A stretch of DNA of 62,643 bases, counting the filler, from Basidiobolus meristosporus CBS 931.73 (lineage: Eukaryota > Fungi > Basidiobolomycota): assembly GCA_002104905.1 (NCBI GenBank). It is 3 parts of 3 records of this genome, joined end to end, with 100 filler letters (N's around TTAATTAATTAA, not from the genome) between each part and the next. Parts side by side here need not be neighbours in the genome. Positions count along the whole stretch, not along the records: positions 25,465 to 52,857 come from MCFE01000905.1; positions 52,958 to 62,643 come from MCFE01001319.1; 1 more part is not named here. The stretch is one strand, 5' to 3'. Both the position numbers and the translations under genes were made by a program. Positions 49,601 to 61,879 of this stretch are shown here, one piece after another (within the stretch, counting starts at the first letter, position 1; each line of letters starts with the position of its first letter). Below the pieces are notes generated by a model, which was not told the origin of the DNA, ran no database searches, and was given only the letters and a program-made list of their open reading frames with translations.

Positions 49601-50355
49601 GGTGGGTAGAAGCTCGAGCCCTACCCAATAACAAAAGCCACACCATATGGAGATTTATTCTTGAAGATATAATATGCAGATTTGGCTGCATCAGCCAGTT
49701 TGTTGCTGACCAAGGAGAAATGACCTCAAATTTGATCCAGGAACTCTGCTCACAATACAAGATTCATATTACTTTCACTACCGCTTATCACCCACAGGCC
49801 AATGGAATGGTTGAAAGAGGCCATGGCCCGTTAGTTAACTCCCTGGTCAAGAGCTGCAACAACATGACACTACAGTGGCCTACACAGCTTCATCTAGCAC
49901 TCTGGGCAGATAGAATCACTACAAAGCGCAGCACAGGTCTATCTCCATTCAAATTGCTTTACGGACATGATTGCGTTCTTCGCATAGAGCTTGACTCAAT
50001 ATCCTGGAACATGCTAGAGTGGAGAACTACAATGAGTACAGAAGAACTACTGACTACACGCATCAAACAGCTTGATCACCATGAACTTGATATTACCCAA
50101 GCAGCTGCTAAACTCAAAGAGACAAGACTTCAGAACAAGGAACCATTTGACAAGTCACATAGCCTTAGACCAAAGCCATTACTGCAAGGAGATCCAGTAC
50201 TGCTCTATGATTCCACTTTAGACAAGCAGTGGAGTCGCAAATTTGACAATAAGTGGTCTGGCCCATATATTGTCTCTAAGGTGATTGGAAATGGAAGCTA
50301 CTACCTGTCTGAACTTGATGGAACACCGCTAAGAGCACCTGTGGCAGGAAACTGA
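46661..50355 (+). pseudogene. pol: Gypsy-2 pol: protease, RT, RNase H, then integrase after a one-base frameshift
   Basis: IDSGSE; FVDD; TVDASPVG; frameshift at ~49183 (GGA TGA vs GGA ATG); HHCC/DDE integrase with KWSGPY. Terminal TGA (AGN*LELF) is probably CGA>TGA. Confidence 0.93.
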
Positions 50356-51799
50356 CTTGAGCTATTCAAGCACCGGAATTTCGCACATCACATTTAGTTT
50401 GCTTTGACCTGAGTTCAAAGCTGAGAGGGGGGTGGATGTAGTGGGGTCACAGTGACACCCACAGGCAGATGTGCTCATTCTTATGCATTCACTTCCCTAA
50501 AAAGGATTACCCCGCCTATATTATTATCATCCCAAATTTGCAATATTTCCTATTTTTGTCTATGTGATTATTACTATGCAACCTGACAAACTGTTTGTCA
50601 CTATTAACCCATTGCACAAGCTATTCTTATTCCTTGCCGAGATGCCAAGATAAGATAGTTACCTTATATGGCAAGTACCCCAACAGTGCCCATGTCACGT
50701 GACCATCTTGGTTTCATAATCCCCCATCTCACTACCATAAGAGGCAACCACATGACACAGAGGTTTCATGTTACCACTACCTGATTAGCTAGGTACTACT
50801 ATGTCTCATGGAACAATCCGCCAAGAATTTGCGCTATTTTTAGTACACAAAGACATGATTGGTTGTCTACTACCTTCTGGAAGCTTCCGGAAAGTATTTT
50901 CTAGCAAGAAATTGAGCAGCAAAAAAAGTATATAAGGGAGGCTATCCCTTAAAATAAATCATCCCCTTCCAATATTCCGACTTATTGATTAGTGAGATCA
51001 CCGCTACCTATTACCACTATTTTCTGACTCAGACCTGACAACACTCCCAGGAAACCGCGCTGACAGCCAACTGACCTTGGAGGCACTACTTGTGAGGAAT
51101 ACTCAGAGTAGGTATATTTTATTATATTTGTTTGTTTTCCCAAGTTTGTTCTTGTACAGGCAAAGATACTTTTCAGTCTTTGTAACTATTGGTCAAAGCT
51201 GCATTCTTATCAAGTCCCTGTTGGTGGAGTTTACAGTTGTTTTGACTTTGGAAGCTTTAGTACATTGTCATCTCAAAGGACGTCGAAGCCATTATAAACT
51301 TTTGTTAAGACGCCAACTAAGTTGGGGATTGTAGTTCAATAGTTTTCCCTTGACAAGCTTGAGGCTTTATCCCCCATCACATTAGATTAGATAAAAGACC
51401 CAGTATTCCTAGCAAGCTTTTGCCAGAGGTTATTGCACCCAGTGAACACCCCACACACATTCACACTTGAGAAGTGTTGGCTGTATTTTGCCCTTTGGAC
51501 TTATACACCACCACAACGCGATCAAAGTCACCATAGTAATCCTAGCAATAAGGCATAGTATATATAATAGTTGGACTCTTTTGGTCATAACTCCTTAAGT
51601 ACCGCTTCAAATGAGCTGTAATTTGAAACATGTGTTGGCTACTACGTGTTCTGTATGACATAATATTCTTGGGTGGATTGCTTGTCAGGGTCTGGAGCAT
51701 TTGTTCTTCAAAGTTGGAAATTCTTGATCTTTCACTTGTGTGTTACAATAGCAAAAAGCAAAATAAAGAAATCAGTGCAATATTGGTTTAAAGATATTA

Positions 51800-52531
51800 G
51801 ACTTGTTCCGTTGGATAGTGCCACATTGAGCCATGAGTCCCAAATGATGCCATAGTGTGCCAGAGAGGTCCAGTGAGCCTATATTTGGCCACAGAGTGTG
51901 AAACATAGCTCTGCATCTTCATGTAAAGCAGCCCCTGTGTTTCACCCATTGTGCAGGAGAAAATCCATTTTTTGACCTTTTTTTGTGGATCAATGTATCT
52001 CAGGATGTGTGAGAGCACAGGAGAACTGAAGATATGCATCTGGTACTCAATACCCATGGCACTCTGAATCTAGCTCCTGTAGCTTGTATCATGTCACAAA
52101 AATGAATGGCACTATCTTGGTCCACTGGTACTATCTGGCACTATATTTAAATATTAGCCCTAAAGTAAGATCTGTACAAAGCACTTATAGTGCCAGATAG
52201 TACCAGTGGACCAAGATAGTGCCATTCATTTTTGTGACATGATACAAGCTACAGGAGCTAGATTCAGAGTGCCATGGGTATTGAGTACCAGATGCATATC
52301 TTCAATCTGCTTGTGCTCTAACATGTCCTGCACAACATTGATCCAAAAAAAAAGGTCAAAAAATGGATTTTCTCCAACACAATGGGTGAAACACAGGGGC
52401 TGCTTTGCATGAAGATGTGGAGCTATGTTTCACACCCTGTGGCCAGGTAGAGGCTCAATTGGCCTTTCTGGCACACTATGGCATCATTTGGCACTCATGG
52501 CTCAATGTGGCACTATCCAACAGAACAAGTC
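51800..52531. mobile_element. 732-bp foldback MITE (PIF/Harbinger-like, tentative)
   Basis: ~345-bp inverted arms around a 40-bp spacer (52146-52185), flanked by TTA on both sides (51797-51799, 52532-52534). Termini GACTTGTTCCGTT / AACAGAACAAGTC. Confidence 0.75.
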
Positions 52532-55500
52532 TTATGTCCACAGGGCTTTTTTTGGTTGTAGCCCTGCATATTGTACTGAATATCAAAGCAAGCTGTTGTC
52601 CAACCATTCTTCTGCTGCTGTCAGCAGGGGGTTTAGTTGGGAACCAGATGATTATGCATTATTTCTTGGCAGCATATACATCAAAGTGAGTCATACCAAA
52701 GGGAAAATGGTGTAATATGTATATGTGTAAGTGGTGCCACAACATTACTTGTAATGCTTACTATGACAGATCAACATTTCATCTTACATTCATGTAGGTG
52801 TAATGTTTCGATTGGAAAACTGTCTTGAATTCACATGAGTATTGACAAAAATACAATNNNNNNNNNNNNNNNNNNNNNNNNNNNNNNNNNNNNNNNNNNN
52901 NTTAATTAATTAANNNNNNNNNNNNNNNNNNNNNNNNNNNNNNNNNNNNNNNNNNNNTCCCCAATAACAGTACCTTGCATGAGCCTGGTCAAATCCCAAC
53001 ATGCAATGATACAACACCCATTGAAACAAATGCCTAGTATACTTTATGGAGCCAAGTGAGCTCAGTAATCCATCTATTGGTGAATGATGTAACATTGTGG
53101 CAAGTGAAGTAGGGTGTTTCCACTAATATCAGTAATGGGGGCTTTGAAGATTTACTACTACTTCTTGCCAAAATCATTCCAGGATGCAAATTACCATGTT
53201 CATAGCACAGCTGGACAGCTGTCATGCAGCTGGCATCATATGACCCAGAAACTGTTCTGATTCCATCATATGTTAACAGTTAATGGCATTCACATCCAAA
53301 AATGACACCATTGCAACATGTCCAAATTTTTAGGAATCAACCTCCAATGAGGGAATACATTGTTCACACTCCAGATATATTCCAGTAATACCCCATCTAA
53401 AGAAGATCATGCAGTCCAACAAATATTGCAAAGCTATAAAGTACTGCACTCAGTATCATCAAGCACAAACATATCCAATATACTTGATGGCAAACATTAC
53501 AAACAGCCATGAAGCAAGGTCTACTTTGGAGGTATGTATGACCATGCCTTTGCCTTGGCACTTGATGGATCTGCATTAAGCAAGCGCTTTGCTAGCAAAT
53601 CCTGCTGGCCACTGATTCTCATCAACTTGATTCTGCCACCTATCATAGGGTATCAGAGCAAAAGTCTGATGGCAGTCTCACTGGTATCTGGACCTAAGTT
53701 GCTGTCCAACCTGGATAGCTACCTGTATCCATTGCTGGATGAATTTTATATGGTTTCCAGTAGGATAACACTTAATGGCCATCATGCCAAAGTGCATATT
53801 ATTATCTGCAGTGGAGATACCCCAGCCATCAGCAAGATAGCCAGCTTTTCTTGGCACAATGGATTGTATTGCTGTTGAAAGTGCAAGATCCAGGGGACTT
53901 ACCCCACAACTCACACACTTTATTATTACCCAAACACCAATACTAAGAACATCATCTTCCCACAGAGAGAATGTACAGAAGTCAGTGTGCAATTACAGCA
54001 AAGTTGGCAAACTATAAGCTATTGGTCAGAATATGAGATCAATTGGAAACTGCATATACTTAAGATAGAGGGTATCTGTTGGAGTAGAAGTGTTTCACTG
54101 GGAGCAATGCATTTGCTTTCAATAATATCCCTATACTGATGACCAAGTTGCACATGAGGCAATTCAAGCTGAATGAGCCCTTTGAGATACTGGAGAAATT
54201 GGAAAGAATTGGCAAGATATGACAGAGTAACTGCTACCCTAGGTACCTCTCACAGGCTCCAATCAATATTCATATGCATATGCAACAATACAAATGCAAA
54301 GGCTGGAAGAACTGGATATGTATTTATTCAAGTGGTGTTCTGAAGCCATTCCTTCCAAGAGTACATTGGAGGCATTGCTGGTCATGTGTGGACATTGTGG
54401 GAATTTTTATCCAGCTGCAACTCACCAATACCAACTTGACTCATCTACAGCTGTTGGACAAGGAGTTTGTTATGGGATTTGAGCAACTGTACTACAAATA
54501 TAGGGCAGAACATGTAGATATCTGCTGCTACTGTATCCATTCACTGCTCCATCTTGCTTGATCTGTGGAGAATATTGGGCCTTGCTCTGCCTATTGGGAG
54601 TTTCCTATGGAGTGGATGTGTGGGGAGATAGGAAGATGAGTCAGGTTGCATTTACTACAATATCCCAGTCTCATCAAGAATATTGCCTTCAACTCCATGA
54701 TGGATGTGATGAGTTGGTACATGGAGGACAGCCATGAAGATTTGAAAAATACTGAGGGCAGATGTGCACATGGAGACACCAATGCCTATGGAATTAAGAA
54801 GCTAAGCAGCCCCAATGTGTGGGTAATCAGTTAAGGGCAATTTGCTAAGTAATGCAAAGTTGAGTTGGGTGCAACAAACATCTTATTTTTAGTAGGAATG
54901 CTCTACCAAATTATGCCAGGTTTCTCTCGGTCACAAGCCAACTTCTACACTATTCAATATGAAATTCACACAAACAAGTGCCAGAGCGCACCTATAAGGG
55001 GAAGTAGAATCCAGCAGGGAGAAGGAATATATTGGCTAAATACCAAAAGGTTCTCTGTGGATACTCAGGAGGTATTCATAACACTAGTGGTGGCAACTAA
55101 GCATATGTTTGCAATATGTGTATGTTACCAGTAGTACAAGATATATGGCTACTTTGCAAGTATCACACTAAAAAGCTGTAAAGTTGAGGTGATAGAAGTA
55201 TGTCAATTGCAGCAGGTGTGCATGTCTGTAGAGGCTAGTAAGCAGGAGGCCATAGTTTTTTTTTATTTGAACTATAGATGGAATACCCAAGGTAGTAGTG
55301 GGTGAGCAAATAAAGAGGGGTGATTCTACAGTGGAATATATATATTGCACAAGGGGAGGTAGAAAAACAAAGTACCATTTGGTAAATTGGTATGGTAGCA
55401 TTATATATAACAAGGTATAGGCTGCCATACTGCTGTCATAATGCCATTAGAGACTTGCAATGAGGCCTTTAAAACACTGTCAAGTTATTTGCCATATAAA

Positions 55501-55790
55501 GAAATTGGATGTACTGGCCAGATAAATCCATTTAAGATGGTTGTACCGCACACTACAACCACAACAATGCCATGCAATTATTGCCAGAGCACCAATCAAA
55601 CCCTGTCAAGTTTTATACATTTATTTAACAGTAAAATTAGCTATATGCTGTTGTGATTCCATCAAAAGATCGTTAAGAGGGTCACTAATTCCAAGCTGCT
55701 GGCATTATGATGGAGTCCAAATGGAATCCTGATGGCAGATCTGGATCAGATTCACCTGCAGGGCCAAGTTATTTTTCATAGGGCAATGGT
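52532..55790 (+). mobile_element. Degenerate Tnp2 (Transposase_21)/CACTA-like element, spans an assembly gap
   Basis: ORF 53534-53878 reads ALALDGS...SCWPLILINLILPP...VSGPK...LDSYLYPLLDE...CSGDTPAISK...HNG..CC, a typical Tnp2 core. A downstream frame reads GPCSAYWEFPMEWMCGEIG. Confidence 0.85.
52858..52957. other. Assembly gap spacer (44 N + TTAATTAATTAA + 44 N)
   Basis: Same 100-bp linker as at 25365. Confidence 0.97.
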
Positions 55791-55799
55791 AAGGTGTGC

Positions 55800-56034
55800 T
55801 CCATTGCCCTCCAGGCATTTTGGCCATTTTTGCTTTTGAACACTGAAGTAGCCATATGCATTTGACATTAAGATATATGCAGTCAAAAGTGCTTTGTTCT
55901 TTCTTGTGATGCCTTGAGACTTCCTCTCCTACACCATTAGCAGTGCATTCCTTTCCCACAAAAATATCTCAAGGACCTCTTTCCTATGTCAGCATTGTCA
56001 TCTTTACCTTTCAGTCATGGTAGTTAGATCCATC
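55800..56034 (-). mobile_element. Copia gag 5' fragment, minus strand, interrupted by the plus-strand copia
   Basis: Colinear with ~62040-62285; reads KEQSTFDCIYLNV...KAKMAKMPG. Confidence 0.7.
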
Positions 56035-59000
56035 TGTTGTCAAAATTTGAATTCCACTTAAATATTCACCTAACTTAGTCACTTGGATCATTGCCTTCAG
56101 GTCCTAGAGAATACTGACCAAATTCCTGGCTGGTATTTACTTAGAGTGTTTTCATCAAAATACCAGATACCCAGAACCTGAAAATTCTCAGAGTTGTTCA
56201 AACCATCCCAAGCTTTGTACACATGTTCTTAGGACCTTCCTAAATCTATTCTACATGTTCTTTATGCCAAGATCATGTTAAAGTACAAATACTACTGTTG
56301 CTTTCAATGAATCATTAGATGAAAACCACATAATCTACTTGTCTTGACAATCACTTCTAATATCTCCTAGACTCTTACAATACTTTATGAGGCCCAAGCT
56401 GTCACTCTCTGTAATGTCTACTACTGCTATTAATAGTATTTTCCCTCTGCTGAAAAGTTGGATAGATCCAACTATCAAGTGTGGAAGGTGGAGATGAAGA
56501 TGCTGCTACAAGAAAGAAGCCTTTAGGATATTGTCATGGGAGAAGAATGCTCTCCTAAAATGTGGGAGGGGAAGCCTTGAAGTAACAGAAGAAAGAGCAG
56601 AGTGTCTTTATCTGCATTTGCCATAATGGTAAAGACAAATAACTAATTTAATGCTCAAGAGCAAGAACAGCAAAGAATGCCTGGAAGGCATTAGAAAACA
56701 CCTACCAGTCATGTTCAGCTGCCAAGAAAATGTATCCAAGACAAAAGTTCTTTACTACAAGGATGCAGCCAGGAGAAGAAATCAAGAATCTAATTAACAG
56801 AATTACCCTGCTGGAGGATGAGATGGAATTGATGGGCATACCAACTACTGATGAGGATAACATAGTTACCATCCTGAATAGCCTGACAGACAAGTTTCAG
56901 CATCTTATATCAGTCCTAGAGCTCAGAGCTGAAGATTTGACCTTAAATTATGTATATGTAGGGCTCCCGGCTGAAGAATCAAGAAAATCAAGTGCCAATA
57001 AGAAGGAAGAAGAAAATGCCTTAATAAGTTATGATAACCAACAAAGAAGGTACCCAAGACCTTACAAAGGCAACAGCAACCTGTTTTGCAACTACTGCAA
57101 AAGGAAAGAACACAAATCTGACTGGTGTCTCAAAAAGAGAGAGAATTAGCAAAGGAATCCTGAGTATGGAAATGCTGCCACAACTGAAGATAGACTATTC
57201 ATATCCACATTATATATGACCACAAACAAGGAATCTCAGATGTTGTACATTGACTCTGGAGCATCTCAACACTTTACACACCAAAAAGAGCTTCTTACCC
57301 AATACTAAGTGATTCCAGTTAAAAAGGTTTTCATAGGTCACAATAGAACACTTGATGCAGAGGGAGAAGGAACTATCCAAGTAAACCTCAGAAGCAGTGA
57401 AGTAAGCCATACACTGACTTCCAAATTAGTACTCTATGTGCCAGAAATAGCCAAGAACCAACTATCTGTAAGCAAGGCCACTGTAGAAGGGCTCAGCTTC
57501 AGCTTTGACAATTCTGGATGCAGGATCAGTGATCAAAATGGTGCCCATATTGCTTTAGGTATTGGAGATCAGAATCAGTATAAGTTGACTTAAGTTCCAT
57601 CATATCTGGAAGCCAATATAAGTAACTTGAAGGAAGAAACACCAAGGCTTTGGCACAGGAGATATGTGTACATCAATTCTCATTACTTGTGCTAAATGAT
57701 CAAAGATTGGCCAATTTCCAGAGTAAATTTTATCCCCCAGCTAGTTTGGAGCATTGTGAGGCCTACATATATAGGATACAAGCCAGACAACTATTCAAGA
57801 GCTCTGGGTTAATTAATACTAAGAAAAGATTAGATTTAACTCACCCAGTTGTGTGTTGACCTATGCAAAATTTATTATTAGGTGGGATGTAGTATTTAAT
57901 CACTTTAATTGATGATTATACAAGATACCTGTGGGTCTACTTCATAGAGAGAAAGAGAGAAACTCTGTCTAAGCTCAGGGAGCTTAAAGCCATGGTAGAG
58001 AGAGAAACTGGTGAAATAATCAAGAAAATATGCTCTGACAATGGTGGAAAATATACCTCAAACCTGTCTTCCACTTCTGCAAAATTGATGGGATAAAGCA
58101 AGAGACTACTGTAGCATACTCCCCACTGCAGAATGGGGTAGCAAAATGTACAAACAGATCAATAATTGATATGGCAAGATCTATGATCCATGACCAAAAA
58201 GTATCCTACAATTTTTGGGTGGTATTAGTTGCCATAGCTGTACCTTAAAAATGGAGTAGAATAACAGAATACTCTGTTATTCTACTCCATTCAAGGCATG
58301 GTATGGATACATACTAAGTGCAGAATATCTAAGAATATTGGGGTGTACAGCATATGCCAAGAAACTGCCCAGAAATCAGTCACAATATGAGCCAAAAAGT
58401 GCAAAATTTATAGTATTGGGCTACTGCAATGAGAGTGATTCATACAGACTCTGCAATACCAAAGCAAAGAAGCTGATCATGCCCAGGGATGTGCTGTTTG
58501 ATGAAAACTCAAGTTTCTCAAAAAATGTCATCAGATGGTGACAAATATACAATCTCAAGTATACCAATTGTCAGGATTGAATCAGAGCCAAAAATGAAAG
58601 TTTTTTCCCTCCAGAGAACTCTACAACCATGGTTCAGCCTGAATTGATGCCCAGGAATATCCCAGAAGTGCTCATTCCAGTATCAATTACCCAGAAATTG
58701 AACCAGACAAGAAATAGCCCAAATTACTGTATTAATGAGGGTACAAACTTAGCCTATGCTTATTCAGTCCATATTAATGAGCCCCAGACTGTAGAAGAGG
58801 CCTTCAACAGCTCTCAGACAAAGTTTTGGAGATCTACAGTGACTGAGGAACATCTGGCCCTAATAGAAAATCAAACTTGGGACTTGGTCAAACTACCAAT
58901 TAACCAAAAATTGATTGAATGCAGGTGGGTGTTTCAGACAAAATACAAGGCTGATGGTACAATTGAAAGATACAAAGCAAGACTTGTGGCCAAAGAATAC

Positions 59001-60703
59001 CCTCAAACAAAAGGACTTGACTACACTGAGACCTTTGCACCAGTAGCCAAGCTTAATTCCACAAGATTGATATTGGCTATTGCAGCCAAATATAAGTTTT
59101 TGTACATTGAATGAATGTAAAAACTGCATTTTTGAATGGAGAACTTGATGAGGACATATATATGGACCAGCCAGACAGGTTTGCTGACCAAGACAACCCC
59201 CATTTGGTCTGCAAGCTTAAAAAGTCACTTTATGGACTCAAACAATCACCAAAACCCTGGAATTACAAAATAGATTCATATTTGGAATCTCTGAGTTTCA
59301 AAAGAAGTAATGCTGAATGGAGTATCTACTCTGAGCCAGATAGAACAAATCCAGTTCTATTAGTTCTATATGTGGATACTCTTTTTATAGTCACCAATAA
59401 CCTAGAAACATTGAAAGAGACTAAATCCAGCCCATCTTAGGAGTTCAAGATGTCTGATCTATGAGAGCTCAGTTACTACTTAGGGATAAAGTTCTCCATA
59501 GACAGAAGTATCCAGACTATAGCTCTAAGCCAATCCAAGTATATTCAAGATATACTAAAGAAGTACCAAATCAACAACTGTCAACCAGCAGCTACCCCAA
59601 TGGAGTCAAACCTTAACTTGGTCAAAACTCAACCAAATCAAGAGTGCTTGGTGCCATCTGGAAGCCCTGCTTTCATTATAAATCTATGGTTGACAGTCTG
59701 ATGTATATCATTCTTAGAACATGTCCAGATATCTCATATTCAGTGGGAGTTGTCAGCCGGTGTAATCAGAACTATGGATCTGATCATATTGCAGGAGTTA
59801 AGTAGATTTTTAGATACTTAAAAGGAAGTGCTGATATCTACTTAAGTTAAACTTATAAAGATTCAGAACAGGATCTTGTGAAAACTCTGATGCTGTTTGG
59901 GGACAAAATTTGGAACACAGAAGATCCACCACAGGATACACCTTTCTTTACAGTAAAGGAGCAATTTCATGGAACTCAAGAACCCAACCAACCTTTGCAC
60001 TTTATACCACAGAGATAGACTGCATGACAGCCTGTAAAGCTACAAAAGAGGCAATGTGGTTAAGGAAGCTTTTTAAAGATTTAGGCAAATGTCAAACAAT
60101 GCCTATTGCTTTATTTCAGGATAATCAAGGATGTATAGAATTAGGTAGAAATCCAACTTTTCATGCTAGAGCTAAGCACATAGATATTAGATGGCATTTT
60201 ATACGTGAAGCTATAGAGAATAACTTAGCTAGCTTAGTTTGCTGTCCTACAGATGAAATGATTGCAGACATATTTACCAAACCATTAGCTGGTGACAAGT
60301 TTGAATATCTTAGGTCCAAATTAGGACTAGTCAGTATGAACATTTAGCTGAGTGGGAGTGTTGTAAAAATTTGTATTTCCACCTTAATATTCACCTAACT
60401 TTGTCATTTAGATAATTACCTTCAAATCCTAGTAAATACTGATCAAATCCTTGTTGGAATTTACTTAAAATATTTCCACCAAAATACCAGGTACCCAGAA
60501 CATGAAAATTCTCAAAGTTGTCCAAATAGCCCCAAGCTTTGCACACAAGCTCTTGGGACCTTCCTTAGCCTATTCTATGTGTTTGTGATGCCAAGACCAT
60601 GTGAAGGTACAGATACTACTTTTACATTCAATAAACCATTAAGTGAAAACCACATAATCCACCTGTTCTCCCAATCACTTCCACTATCTCAAAGACTCTT
60701 ACA
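56035..60703 (+). mobile_element. Ty1/copia LTR retrotransposon, full length but degenerate
   Basis: 345-bp diverged LTRs at 56035-56379 and 60359-60703; PPT GAGTGGGAG. UBN2-type gag, CNYCKRKEHKSDWC, YIDSGASQH protease, integrase, RT (YKARLVAK, ETFAPVA, LYVD) and RNase H (RSTTGY, KHIDIRWHF, ADIFTKPL) in copia order. Many stops. Confidence 0.93.
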
Positions 60704-60851
60704 GCAGTCATATGGGTACCTGATAATTTGATAAATTTCTTCCAAGTAAATCCCAACAAGTAATTTGGTCAGGATGAGATGCTAATCACAGTACAAGATC
60801 TTGGTGACTATGTTGGTATAAATATTTAGGTGACAAGGTAATAATTATAAC

Positions 60852-61288
60852 AGTTAGATCCATTCAACTTTTCAGCAGGGGGAAAAATTCCAGTAATAGC
60901 AGTAGTGGACATTGCAGAGAGTGACAGCTTGGGGCCCATGGCCTGTTGTCAGAGTCTAGAAGATATTGAAAGTGATTGGGAGAACAAGCAGATGATGTGG
61001 CTTTCACTTAGTGATTTATTGAATGAAAAAGTGGTAGTTATACTTTTACATGGTCTTGGCTTAACAAACACATAAAATATGCTTAAGAAGATCCAAAGAA
61101 CATGTGTGCAAAGTTAGGGCTTTTTGGGTAACCTTGAGTACTTCCATATTCTGGGTACTTGATAATTGGTTAAGATATTCTGAGTAAATCTGAGAAGGAA
61201 TTTGGTGAGTATTCTCTAAGATCTGTAGGCAATGATCTGATTGACCAAGTTAGGTGTATATTTGAGTGGGATTAAACACTTTTCAACA
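60852..61288 (-). mobile_element. Copia 5' LTR (60947-61288), PBS-like site and gag start, minus strand
   Basis: Reverse complement starts TGTTGAAAAG and ends GACTCTGACA, followed by GGCCATGGGCCCCAAG (cf. the GGTTATGGGCCCAG half-tRNA-iMet PBS of copia). Confidence 0.8.
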
Positions 61289-61714
61289 GAAACCATATAA
61301 TCTATTTATCCTCCTAATCACTTCCAACATCTCCAAGGTGCTTGCAACAGGTATTGAGTATAGACTTGCAAATGTCAGTACAGCAGTTGAGTTACATTGG
61401 AAGACTCAATGGAATTATACCAATTTGAATGTATGAAAAGTAAGGGCACTGGACAAGTAAGCAAGTAAAAATATGAAAAAAAGCAACAGCCCATCTATGT
61501 ACACATATGTGGGGGACAAATGAGTGCCCAGGATCTGAAAGTGAGAAAAATGGCAGTGAAACAGTCAAAACCAACCTGGGTGCCACTGTGATGAAAACCT
61601 TTGCCTAGGCTTTTTAGGGAATGTAAGATGCAAACCTTTTGTGCTAGGCTTTGCATAGTCTCCTAACAGCATCTAGACCTCTAGGTCCTGGGATTTGAGT
61701 CTTGTGATGGTAGT

Positions 61715-61879
61715 TTACGTATAAATAGGTAAAATTTGATATGTCTGTTCACAATTTCTTAGAACTGAAAGGATTGCAATGGGAATGCATGTCAACTGAG
61801 AAATGCTTTTAATGTAGTGTTTTGTTGCTTCTGGCAACATTTCAAATGTTGTCATTTGCGTAAGATCTTCTTTCCAACT
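61715..61879 (-). pseudogene. purA: C-terminal fragment of an adenylosuccinate synthetase, bacterial-type
   Basis: SWKEDLTQMTTFEMLPEATKHYIKSISQLTCIPIAILSVLRNCEQTYQILPIYT* follows the PurA terminal pattern GW.EDIT....ELP..A.HY...SQLTGIP..I.SVGPDR.QT...Y. Confidence 0.7.

Larger units (their letters stand above)
44327..51515 (+). mobile_element. Ty3/gypsy LTR retrotransposon 2, young and full length
   Basis: 1079-bp LTRs at 44327-45405 and 50437-51515 (TGTAGTGG...CCACCACA; 3 substitutions and 2 one-base indels seen). TSD ACGC on both sides. PBS TGGCACCCAACGTGGGG at 45410-45426 (tRNA-Lys type). PPT GAGAGGGGGGTGGA immediately before the 3' LTR. Confidence 0.97.
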
